Shown: positions 51,408 to 62,488 of the stretch, piece by piece
How positions within the stretch are numbered: the stretch's first letter is position 1
How the letters are laid out: the number at the start of each line of letters is the position of its first letter
Origin: Squalus acanthias
Taxonomy: Eukaryota
DNA: 64,000 bases
Direction of reading: 5' to 3'
NCBI GenBank assembly: GCA_030390025.1
Contig: CM059433.1
Span: 96,348,001-96,412,000 of the forward strand
Program-made: the position numbers and the translations under genes
Notes under the pieces: model-generated
Database searches by the model: none
Told to the model about the DNA's origin: nothing
Seen by the model: only the letters and a program-made list of their open reading frames with translations

Positions 51408-51547
51408 TTCTCCCCCCCCAAAAGATTAGGAGGCCGGGATGAAGTTCGAGTCACAGGAAGCTGTATTGTGTTACCACATTCTCCCTCCATTTCGTAGCCG
51501 CTGGACGAGGGAGAGCCGCACCCGTTTGGGTTCTCGTAGCAGTAGAG

Positions 51548-52855
51548 TCAACATGGATTTACAAAGGGTAAATCGTGCTTGACTAATCTATTGGAATTTT
51601 TTGAGGGAGTAACGGGTAAAATAGATGGGGGAGAGCCAGTAGATGTGGTGTACCTGGACTTCCAAAAGGCCTTCGATAAGGTCCCACATAAAAGATTAGC
51701 ATGGAAAATTGAAGCTCATGGGATAAAGGGGAAAGTATTGACGTGGATAGAGAACTGGCTGTCAGATAGAAAACAGAGAGTTGGAATAAACGGCTCATTT
51801 TCTGAATGGCAGGCAGTAACAAGTGGGGTACCACAGGGATCTGTCCTGGGTCCCCAGCTGTTCACAATTTATATTAATGACCTGGATCAGGGAGTCGAAT
51901 GCAGCATTTCCAAATTTGCAGACGACACTAAACTAGGAGGGGGGGTGGGCTCAGAGGAGGAGACCAGGAAGCTCCAGAGCGATTTGGACAGACTGGGTGA
52001 TTGGGCGGATAAATGGCAGATGCACTATAATGTGGACAAGTGCGAAGTTATCCACCTTGGGTGCAGGAACGGGAGGGCAAATTATTATTTAAATGGCAAT
52101 AAATTGGGAGAGGGGGAAGTACAGAGAGACCTGGGTGTTCTTGTACACCAGTCACTGAAGGCGAGCATGCAGGTGCAACAGGCGGTCAAGAAGGCAAACG
52201 GTATGCTGGCCTTCATAGCAAAAGGGTTGGAATACAGGAACAGGGATACCTTGCTGCAGCTGTACAGGGCACTGGTGAGACCACACCTCGAGTACTGTGT
52301 ACAGTTTTGGTCGCCTCATCTGAGGAAAGATGTTCTTGCCATGGAGGGGGTGCAGCGGCGATTCACCAGGCTGATACCAGGAATGGCGGGATTGACCTAT
52401 GAGGAGAGACTATGTAGTTTAGGGATGTACACACTGGAGTTTAGAAGATTGAGAGGGGACCTCATAGAAGTGTATAAAATTCTGACAGGTCTAGACAGAT
52501 TAGATGCAGAAGGAATATTTCCCTTGGCGGGTGAGAACAGAACTAGAGGACATAATTTAAGGATAAGGGCTAAACCATTTAGGACAGAAATGAGGGGGAA
52601 TTTCTTCACTCAGAGAGTGGTGAACCTGTGGAACTCATTGCCACAGAGGGCAGTGTACGCCAGCTCATTAAATATATTTAAGAGGGAATTAGATATATTT
52701 CTACAGGCAAAAGGGGTTAAGGGTTACGGAGAGAAGGCGGGGACGGGATACTGAATTGAAGGATCAGCCATGATCTCATTAAATGGCGGAGCAGGCTCGA
52801 AGGGCCGGATGGCCTACTCCTGCTCCTATCTTCTATGTATCTATGTATCTATGTA
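51548..52855 (+). mobile_element. Young 5'-truncated CR1 inserted antisense in the 3' end of Gypsy pol
   Basis: TSD AGTAGAG (51541-51547, 52856-52862) and a (CTATGTAT)n tail. Confidence 0.95.
51579..52754 (+). CDS. CR1 ORF2 reverse transcriptase C-terminal part (open, no native start)
   Basis: LDFQKAFDKVPH, SGVPQGSVLGP, SKFADDTK, RPHLEYCVQFWSP, TRGHNLR. Confidence 0.92.
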   Translation: MTNLLEFFEGVTGKIDGGEPVDVVYLDFQKAFDKVPHKRLAWKIEAHGIKGKVLTWIENWLSDRKQRVGINGSFSEWQAVTSGVPQGSVLGPQLFTIYINDLDQGVECSISKFADDTKLGGGVGSEEETRKLQSDLDRLGDWADKWQMHYNVDKCEVIHLGCRNGRANYYLNGNKLGEGEVQRDLGVLVHQSLKASMQVQQAVKKANGMLAFIAKGLEYRNRDTLLQLYRALVRPHLEYCVQFWSPHLRKDVLAMEGVQRRFTRLIPGMAGLTYEERLCSLGMYTLEFRRLRGDLIEVYKILTGLDRLDAEGIFPLAGENRTRGHNLRIRAKPFRTEMRGNFFTQRVVNLWNSLPQRAVYASSLNIFKRELDIFLQAKGVKGYGEKAGTGY

Positions 52856-55800
52856 AGTAGAGGGCCCCTAGCCCGTTTACCCGCCGCGGGCCGTGGACCA
52901 GAGTCCGAGTGATCCAGCCCGCTCTGTGAGGGGTCAGGACGATCCTGACTGTGTACTGGTGCCCGAACGGGTGTCGGGCAGGGCTGTGGCAGATCCGTTT
53001 CCGAGCGTATGGTACGGGGTGGATCGTGGCTGCGCGTGCGAGCCCCGACGGGCTCATAGTCAGTCTGCCCCAGGTCGGCACGCTGGAGTGAGGTACCAGC
53101 CGGCGTCAGATCCAGATCGTGATGAGAGGCACCTGGCGAGCCCAGAGATGTGCCTGGTACAATATCATCCCCTGGTGTCCCTCTATGTTTCGGCGGGCAG
53201 GGAGCCAGATCCCGCAATGACACGGTAGATTCCCGACCGTCAGGATACCGAATATAGGCGTAGGTAGGGTTGACGTCAGTGAGCTCAACCTCATCTACCA
53301 GGGGGTCATTCTTAGACGCCCGAACATATCTTCGGAGTAGCACTGGTCCCGGTGCAGTCAGCCACGACGGGAGAGATATCCCATAGGATGAGCGACGCTG
53401 AAATCGGAAGAACCGTTCATGAGGCGTCGTATTTGTGGCGGTCGAAAGGAGGGACCGTGTGGAGTGTAATGCGTCTGGAAGTACTGCTTCCCATTGCTGG
53501 TTGGGTAGGCCCCGAGATCTCAAATCCAGACATACCGCATTCCAGATGATAGCGTTAAAACGCTCGACTTGCCCATTCCCGACCGGATGATAAGGCGTCG
53601 TTCTGCTGGCAGCAATACCCCGTTCTGAGAGATAGGCCTTGAGTTCTCCTGACATAAAAGAAGGGCCCCGATCCGAATGAACATAGGATGCCATGCCACA
53701 GAAAGCAAATACCTGCTCAAGGCAGCTGATAACCGTGGTCGTCAGCATATTGGGGCAGGGAAAGGCAAACGGAAAACGGGAATACTCATCGACCATGGTC
53801 AATAGATAAGTGTTGCGAGTTGAAGAGGGCAACGGCCCCTTAAAATCGATGCTAAGCCGTTGCATTGGCTGGGTCGCATGTATGAGTATACCACCCGAGG
53901 GGCGGAAAAACTGAGGTTTCAATTCCGCACAGACTCTGCAGTCCGAGCACATCTTCTTTACATCCCCGGTAGAGAATGGGAGATTTCGGGACCGCACGAA
54001 GTGTAGCATGCGAGTAACGCCCGGATGACACAACCCATCATGGATGTCTACGAGCGTAGAGGGTGCCATGGCGGAGCAGAATGCTCGTGTGAGGGTTTCC
54101 GGAGCCACATTCTCCTTGCCAGGTCGATAGTGGATGGTGTAACCAAAAGAGGCCAATTCCAGCCGCCAAAGCTGGATTTTATTATTTTTAATTTTGGTCC
54201 GTTTTCGATTATCGAGCATGAAGGCGACCGATCGCTGGTCCGTGATTAAGGTAAAGTGCTGGCGAGCTAGGAGATGAGTCCACTTCCGTACTGCCTCTAT
54301 GATGGCTGTAGCTTCTTTCTCGACTGGAGGATAATGTAGCTCAGCCCCTTGAAAAGTCCTGGACAAAAATGCCACCGGACGACCTTCCTGATTCAGAGTG
54401 GCCGAGATCGCCACCTCCGAGGCATCACACTCAACAACAAAAGGAAGACTCTCATCGATGGAGTGAAGAGCCGCTTTCTCCAACTGTTTTTTCAGGATGT
54501 TAAAGGCTGCAACAGCCGCTGTGTCTAGTGGGAATGTGCTGGCCTTCAGTAGAGGTTGGATTCGGTCCGAGAAGTTAGGAATCCATTTAGCATAGTATGC
54601 AAACAGGCCGAGGGCCCGGCGCAAGGAGGCCGGATTCTTAGGTGGCGGGAGTTCTTGGAGTGGGCGAAGCCTTTCAGGGTCAGGTTTAATGATGCCATTG
54701 CCCACACAATAGCCAAGGATGTTGATGGTTGGTTGTGACTCAATGGATTTAGCCGCATTTAATGTCAAATTACGGTGCTGGAGTGCATCCCAAAATCGTT
54801 GGAGATTGGCGTCATGTTCCCGCTGATTGCGACCTGCGACAGTAATATTGTCCAGATAAGGAAACGTATCCTTTAAGTCTTCCTGTTTGACCAGGTCATC
54901 CATTGCTCGCTGGAAGACAGCCACTCCATTAGTGACCCCAAAGGGGAGGCGACGAAATTGATACAGCCGTCCATTGGCTTCAAAGGCCGTATACTGCTTG
55001 TCTGAGACCTTCAAGGGTACCTGATGATAGGCACTTTTCAGATCATATGTTGAGAACACCGTGTACTCAGCCAGTTTATTAACCATATCATCGATGCGCG
55101 GCAATGGGTATGCGTCCAAGTCCGTATATTGATTGATGGTCTGTGAATAGTCAATGCACAGCCGTTTCTTGTGAGGTTGTAGAGGGTTCTTAACAATAAT
55201 GACCTGGGCGCGCCATGGCGACGAACAAGGCTCGATGATATCCTCTGCTAAAAGCCGAGAAATCTCAGCCGCAATAAAAGACTGGTCTTCCTGACTGAAA
55301 CGTCGTGACTTTATTATAATCGGTTTGCATCGAGGAGGGATACTGGTAAACAGTGAGGGTTCATCCAGTGAAGCTGCTGACAATGCACAGAACGGTAATC
55401 GAGGTCGTATATTAGAAATAGTGAGTTCAGGTTTGGATCCGCCGAACTCAATGGTGAGCTTCTTATGCTGCTTTTGAAAATCTAGCCCAAAGATAAGATC
55501 ACTACATAAGTCCTTGAGCACCGAAAGCCGGGTGGAGGGATACCTGTGACCATTAAGTGTTATTTCAACCATACAGAAGCCAGAAATTCTGGTATTAAGT
55601 GATGACTGAGCCATCGCAATTGCCTGGTCCGATGGGAAAACATGTAGCTTTAACTCTGCAACAATCTGTTCCCTAATGAAACTATCAGTGCTACCTGAGT
55701 CAATTAAGGCATCTAAAGTATGTCCATTAATTGATGCTTTTGTAGCTGCATGGAATAGGTTCTGAGGACAAGCAGCTGTAATTGGTGTCGTTGCACAAAG

Positions 55801-56737
55801 AGTGGCTGAAACTCTAGGTGTGTTTCTTCGAGAGAAAACCCGAGAGGAAGCACGATAGATTTTAGCCGGAACATCTTGATAGGCCCTTACCGGGGCAGTT
55901 CGGTAGGACTTAGCTTGATAAGCCCTCGTAGAGGCTCTTGATAGGCAAACCTTTGCAAAATGACCCTTTTTGTTGCAATGACTGCAAAACGCATTGCGAG
56001 CAGGGCAGAATTTCCGAGGGTGAAACTCATCACCACAAAAGAAGCATTTCTTAGATTGCCAAGAGGCTGCCACAGTGGGGTTATCATCCTCTTCATCAGT
56101 GAAGTCATCAGATTGATCGTCAGGGATAAAGTCCTCCCTAATAGAGTTCACCTGTGGCCTCTTAAATTGCCTGACTGTAGTTAAGGCAGCAGACCGAGGT
56201 CTGGGCACTGTATAAAGGTCTGCATTTCTTTTTGCCAGATCTAGAGAGCAAGCCATGTCATAAGCTCTCTGAAGCTCAAGTGTCTTACTTTCCAGTAGAC
56301 GCTGGCGTATAAATGGGGAGGCAAGCCCGCAGATGAAAGCATCACGGATCATTTCTTCACGGTACAGCTCAGCTGAGGCCGCCTGAAAGTTACAGTCCAT
56401 ACTAAGTCTGCGAAGCTCTTGGAGGAATTTATCAATGGATTCCTCCGGCCCTTGTTGGGCTATAGCTAGTAGATGTCTGGCATAGACCTCATTCGGTGTC
56501 TTAGTATATAGTCTTTTAAGCGTCCGAATTGCCTCCTCGTAACTGCCCCCATTCCTCGACATACTGAAATACATTCGGGGTGACACAGTTGATGAGTATC
56601 CGCAATTTTGAGTCATCATCAGCCTTGCAATATTCGAGAAAATTGTCAAACGTGCGATACCAGTGTTTCCACACCTTACCGGCTGCTGGGGTGTTTGGGT
56701 CCAAGTCAAGACGCGATGGTTTAAGGATGTTTTCCAT
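52856..56737 (-). pseudogene. Gypsy gag-pol polyprotein; frameshift near 56548, C-terminus cut by the CR1
   Basis: Gag start MENILKPSRLDLDP (56737) shifts frame at a G run. Then two Cys/His knuckles, protease LIDSGS, RT YDLKSAYHQ...PFG...YLDN, RNase H ECDAS/EKE/TD, integrase HHCC and IDFKGP...SDRG...GQVE. Confidence 0.94.
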
Positions 56738-56815
56738 GATGGGTGATTCCCTGGATCCTTAGTTCCGAGTTCGTCCAAAAAGTTTGAGTGCGAAGTTTTT
56801 CAAAGTTGATTAAAT

Positions 56816-57009
56816 TGTCGTAAGAATGAGCCTTACACGTGGTGAACTTAAAGTAAGCTTTAATCAACTAAAAAGGTGCTACATACAAAAGAGGTCTTAC
56901 TCTATGCCTCTCCAGGATCCAACTGATCAGCCCAGTATTTATCCTGGACTAATCACAGGAAGTGATGTAATAAAGTTCAAGTCACAGGAAGCTGTATTGT
57001 GTTACCACA
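56816..57009 (-). repeat. 5' LTR
   Basis: TGTGG...CGACA on -. Contains TATA-like GATAAATA and ATTAAA. Confidence 0.97.
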
Positions 57010-57124
57010 GCAATGGTGGTGAAACTGCTAGGAATGCACAGATCATTGTAGGGATGCTCTATGGTGTGGAAGTGGGGTCATGCGAACCTTCATGTGCATG
57101 TGGCAGCCACATGTCTGCGCTGCC

Positions 57125-58805
57125 TAAAGTTAGTTGAATCTGCCATGGATTAGGCCATCCCTTGCCTGACGGGCAGCAATGAGCTCTCATGCTGATCGCA
57201 CTGGGTCAGCCGCCTCCTCCAGGTGTTCCTCATCTGCAGCAACATTTGGCTCTTCCTCCTCCTCTTCCTCCTCCTCCTCTGAAGAGGCTGTGCGCTCTGC
57301 GACCTGTTCCTCAGGCAGCGCTAATCCCCGCTGCAGTGCGATCTTGTGCAGGGCACAGCAGAGCACGATGATTCTCGAGATCCTGACTGGTGCATACTGT
57401 AGGGCTCCACCAGATCTGTCCAGGCATCTGAAGGCATTTTGAGCAACCCTATTGCTTGGTCTATGAGAGTTCTGGTGGAAATGAGGCTCTGATTGTAGCG
57501 CTCCTCAGACTCGTTTGAGGGCCTCCTCATCGGCGTCATTAGAAAGAAAGAAAGACTTGTATTTATATAGCGCCTATCACGACCACCGGACGTCTCAAAG
57601 CACTTTACAGCCAATGAAGTACTTTTGGAGTGTAGTCACTGTTGTAATGTGGGATAAGTGGCAGCCAAATTGCGCACAGCAAGCTCCCACAAACAGTAAT
57701 GTGATAATGACCAGATAATCTGTTTTTGTTATGTTGATTGAGGGATAAATACTGGCCAGGACACTGGGGATAACAACACTGCTCTTCTTCGAAATAATGC
57801 CATGGGATCTTTTACATCCACCTGAGAGAGCAGACGGGGCCTCGGTTTAACGTCTCATCCGAAAGGCGGCACCTCCAACAGGGCAGCGCTCCCTCAGCAC
57901 TGCACTGGAGTGTCAGCCTAGATTTATGTGTTCAAGTCCCTGGAGTGGGACTTGAACCCACAATCTAGCCACGTCTTCAGAGGATAGCCCTTGTCTCCAA
58001 GGAGCCAGCCAGAAAGTTTGTTTGGCGGAACGAAGAGCTGAGGCACAGTGGACTGGCGCAGGATGTAAGAGTCATGGCAGCTGCCAGGGAATCTCGCGCA
58101 AACATGCATGATGCTTTTCCTATGGTTACACACCAGCTGGACGTTAAGGGAGTGGAAGCCCTTGCGGTTCACATATACTGCTGGGTTGTGATGGGTTGCC
58201 TTGATGGCCACATGTGTGCAGTCGATGATGCCCTGCTTCCGTGGGAAGCCAGCCAGATTGACAAAGCCTAGCTCCCGCGTGGTAAAACTTGCTTCATCAG
58301 TTGAAAAGTGGATGTAATTTGCAGACTTGGCAAAGAGGGCGTCGGTAACCTGCGTGATGCATCTGTGGGCGGCCGACTGGGAGATGCCGCTAATGTCTGC
58401 TGCTGATCCCTGGAAGGACCCTGAAGCAAAGAGGTTGAGTGCAGTGGTGACTTTGACAGCCACTGGTAAGGAATGTCCATCCACTCCTCTGGGCTCCAGG
58501 TCTTGGTGCAGCATTGTGCAGATGCCTACGACTACCTCTCGCGAAAGTCTCAGCCTCCTTTGGCACTGCTGCTCAGTCATGTTGAGGAAGCTCATCCTCT
58601 GCCTGTAAACCCTGTGTTGTGGGTATCTCCTGTGGCGAGGTGCAGCTCTGCGCTGATGCCCTCTGTCCTGTGCAACATCCGGTGGCTGAGGAGAAGGTTG
58701 GCGCTCTTTTTGTTGATGCTGCTGGTGTGCCTGTTTATGCTGCTGCCACGGCTGATCCTCTTCCGATTCTGAGGACCAGGGTGTGAGAGTATAAATCATT
58801 CCCAT
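57125..58805 (-). pseudogene. Harbinger transposase interrupted by a SINE
   Basis: [30 protein letters not shown] | SINE | MTP...TRTLIDQAIGLLK (third catalytic E changed to D), then a frameshift and an acidic tail. Confidence 0.93.
57543..57965 (-). mobile_element. tRNA-derived SINE (DeuSINE/SacSINE1-like), 5'-clipped
   Basis: B-box GGTTCAAGTCC on -, L2-like 3' end GGCGCTATATAAATACAAG with a (TTTC)n tail, 3-bp TAG duplication. Family name is from recall. Confidence 0.85.
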
Positions 58806-59640
58806 TCTGCTGTTACATATGGCAGTTGAGGAAGAGATGTTATCAACAGTAAGTCAATGGGGAGAGAGCTTATTCCGAGGAGGTGACAGTGCATATAGAG
58901 TTCACAGCACACACTCACAACCTCAATACAGCTCAAAGGTGTCTTCCAAATCCTGAAATCAGCAACTTCAGACATTTGAAAGTGAACTGATGTGAGGGGT
59001 TAGATTTTATTCAACAGTTGCGGCTGTGAACTATTCAGCTCGTTGGAAGACCCGACACATTCAGCTGGCATGTTTGCCGAACGACGTGAAACACGTTGAG
59101 AATGTGTGAAAATGGAACATGGCTGGCAAAATAGCAGTTAACAAGCTGTTAAGTGCTGTTAAGTGCCTCTCCCGCCGCTTGGTGTCAGGTCTGTTCTGAA
59201 GGCGCAGTCCCAACACTTTGGAAACTGGCGTGGAGGTGGGTTTGCAGCGGGTTCCCAACCTACCGTCAATCATTTTGAATTTAATACCTGACCCACCTCC
59301 GAACCCACCCTCTGAGTGCCGGCAAAATCGTGGCCAAAGTATTTGTTTAATTTCTCTGCCATTTCCTTATTTGCCATTATAATTTCTCCTGTCTCAGCCT
59401 GTAAGGGACCCACATTTACTTTTGCTAATCTTTTCCTTTTTACATAGCTGTAGAAGATTTTACAATCTGTTTTTATGTCTCTTGCTAGTTTACTCTCATA
59501 TTCTATTTTCCCTTTCTTTATCAATTTCTTCGTCCTCCTTTGTTGAATTCTATAATCCTCCCAATCCTAAGGCATACTACTCTTTTTGGCAACATTATAA
59601 GCCTCTTCCTTTGATCTAATACTATCTTTAACTTCTCTTG

Positions 59641-60447
59641 TTAGCCACGGTGGGACCACTTTTCCTGTGGGGTTTTGTGCCTTAAAGGAATGTTTATTTG
59701 TTGTAAATTATGTATTAATTCTTTAAATGCTAGCCATTGCTTGTCTACCGTCATACCTTTTAATGCAGTTTCCCAATCTACCTTAGCCAACTTGCCCCTC
59801 ATACCTACGTAGTTTGCTTTGTTTAGATTTAGGACCCTAGTTTCAGATTTAACTAAGTCACTTTCAAACTCAATATAAAATTCTATCATATTATGGTCAC
59901 TCTTCCCTAAAGGCCCCTTTACTACAAGGTTATTAATTAACCCTTTCTCGTTGCACAATACTAGATCTAAAATAACATGTTCCCTAGTTGGTTCCTCAAC
60001 ATACTGATCTAGAAAACTATCTTGCATACATTCCATGGATTCATCCTCCACACTATTACTGCAAATTTGGTTTGCCCAATCTATATATAGATTAAAGTCC
60101 CCCATGATCACTGTATTACCCTTGTTACATGCGCCTCTAATTTCCTGATTTACACTCTGCCCTACATTACAACTACTGTTTGGGGGCCTATAAACAACTC
60201 CCACTAATGTTTTCTGCCCCTTGTTATTTCTTAGCTCCACCCAAACTGATTCTACTTCTTGATTTTTGGAGCTAAGATCCTTTCGCTCTACTGTCTTTAT
60301 TCCATCCTTTATTATCAGGGCTACCCCTCCTCCTTTTCCATTTTGCCTATCTCTTCTAAAAGTTAAGTATCCTGGAATATTTAGTTTCCAACCTTGGCCA
60401 CATTGCAACCACGTCTCCGTTATGGCTATTAGATCAAACCTATTCAT
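59641..60447 (-). pseudogene. CR1 ORF2 apurinic-like endonuclease domain
   Basis: IAITETWL, GGGVAL, GVVYRPP, MGDFN, LDLVL, SDHN. Confidence 0.92.
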
Positions 60448-60707
60448 TTCTATCTGCGCTATTAATTCATCTATTTTGTTGTGAATGCTTTGCGCATTCA
60501 GATATAGTGCCTTTAGCTTTGACTTATTTCAATTTTTCCCTGATGTCACCTTAGTCACTGATGCCTTATTACCTTTGTTACTCTCTCTGTCCCTTCCTGA
60601 CCCACTCTGCTTATTTTGACCCAAAACTCTACTCTGCTCTAGAGCCTTGACATTTCTCTCGCTGCTTTTAAATGTACTCTTTCCTGAATCTTCCCACCCC
60701 CCCTTCA

Positions 60708-61139
60708 TTAGTTTAAAGCCCAGTCTACTGCCCTAGTTATTTGGTTCACCAGGACACTGGTCCCAGCCCAGTTTAAGTGGAGCCCGTCCCAACGGAACAG
60801 CTCCCTCTTTCCCCAGCACTGGTGCCAGTGCTCCAGGAACTGAAACCCCTTCCTCCCACACCACTCTTTGAGCCACGCATTTAACCCTCTAATCTGTTTG
60901 TCCCTATGCCAATTTGCACGTGGCTCAGCTAACAATCCAGAGATTATTACCTTTGAGGTTTTGCTTTTTAATTTGGATCCCAACTCCTCAAACTCTCTCA
61001 GCAGAACCTCATTCCTAGTTCTACCTACGTCATTGGTTCCTACATGGACCACAACAATTGGATCCTCCCCCTCCAACTCCAAGTTCTTCTCCAGCCGCGA
61101 GGAGATGTCTTTAACCCTGGCACCGGGCAGGCAACACAA
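60708..61139 (-). pseudogene. CR1 ORF1 SGNH-esterase domain (partial)
   Basis: CLPGARV, VVHVGTND, DGLHLN. Confidence 0.88.
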
Positions 61140-62488
61140 CCTTCATAACCATGACGTAACCACTTATAGTTGAATATATAATCAGTATTTTATTTACTAC
61201 AGGAGACTTGGTGGTTTAGAAGGTCGAAGTACGAGGATAAATTACCCAATCCCACACTTCCAATGTTTTCTAATATATATATATAATATTTATTTATTGT
61301 CAATTACCAACAATGTCCCGCACCTCCCTTACTTATAAACAGCATCACCTATTATAGGTATTAGTATTCTAAGAACAGTCTCCCATATTGGAAATTACAG
61401 TGCACTGGGCAGAACACACTAGCATTTCTGTTGTGCAATCTTGGACAGTGAGGCTTCTTACTGGGTGTGCAAAATTGCCTCAGCTACTCTTACCCAGGAA
61501 TTGCTTCTTTCACTAACATATTATCCAGTTCCCTCTTGAATCTGCTGAAACGAGCTGCCTCCACTGTCTCCAAGCAGTCTATTCTACTTTCTTTCTGTGT
61601 GAAATGGTTAAATCTAAACAAGAGAGTTTACAATAAGTTACTTTTCTGCCTAACAGTTTTTGGTATTCAATACTGAAAGAAGTTTCTGCTGAGATTAAAT
61701 GTTGATCTTCAGTTTTAAAACAAAATTGTTTGGTTATACAGATAAAAACAAATGTGGAAAAAGTCAGTTCCTTGGGGGTAATTTTTAAAAAAATATTCAG
61801 AATGCCACATTAAAAACACATTTAATTCCACATTTTTTGCAAAACAAAAATCATAAGTTTACTATTCTTAGTCCACTTGCCAATCAAGTGGAATTGCCAC
61901 AGGCCAAAGGTGATTTTTTTTGACCAAGTGTGGTATTAATAATAGAACCTCCACAAGAGGGCAGTCTTCACAATATTAAGATTCTGGCAAAGCGGCGAAC
62001 AGTGGTTGGCTGAGAAAATGCTGAAGTCACAATATTTCAACACTGGAAATTGTGCTTGAAAATATTTCCCGAGAACATCCTGGACACATCATATGGAATA
62101 CTGCAGGATCTCATCCAGCAATCACAAGGCAAGTATAATGGGTGAGAAAAAGCACAAATACCAGTACCCTCAAAGGAGCAGCCACAACTGCACCAGTGAG
62201 ACACTTTTTGCAGTTCCCACACCAGCAACCCTTCTGCTCTCTCTGAATGCTAGTGCTAATTAATGCCAAATTAGGGGCAGTTTTGAGCTGTGAACTCATG
62301 CTCCCGAGGAATTGGATTGAGCCAGCTCATTTCATATCGTGCCCTTACAGCCAACAGACAGTGGAGATTTTCATCACTTTAGTCTGGGATGAATTCAGAC
62401 TTGAGTCTCAGAGGTGAAAGACCACTGAATCATCCAATTCCCCATGAGTGCTAGATTAAACAATTGAACAACATGAATAATAAAGTAA

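Larger units (their letters stand above)
51214..57009 (-). mobile_element. Ty3/Gypsy LTR retrotransposon (Mag-like gag), full length
   Basis: Two 194-bp TG...CA LTRs, 5-bp TSD GCAAT (51209-51213, 57010-57014), PPT GGGGGGGGAGAA and domain order gag-PR-RT-RH-IN. Confidence 0.97.
48904..59335. mobile_element. Full-length Harbinger (GGCGGG family) containing Gypsy and SINE insertions
   Basis: Ends GGGCTGGATTTT / AAAATCGTGGCC, AAA TSD, Myb gene on + and transposase on -. Confidence 0.93.
46538..61142 (-). mobile_element. Long CR1 LINE in three pieces (46538-48115, 48812-48903, 59336-61142)
   Basis: 3' tail (CATAAGAA)n, broken RT ORFs 46634-48060, endonuclease 59641-60447 and ORF1 60708-61139. 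The pieces rejoin across the inserts (GACAC-AAA-GTATTTG). Confidence 0.93.

Noticed and set aside
51548-52855. Gypsy element carrying a second, LINE-type RT as cargo
   Set aside because: The segment has its own 7-bp TSD, CR1 tail and 5' truncation, and it interrupts pol. It is a nested insertion.
56516-56778. Programmed frameshift, or a 1309-aa ORF starting at 56778
   Set aside because: The shift falls early inside gag at a G homopolymer, not at the gag-pol boundary. Best explained as a 1-bp indel, with the true start at 56737.
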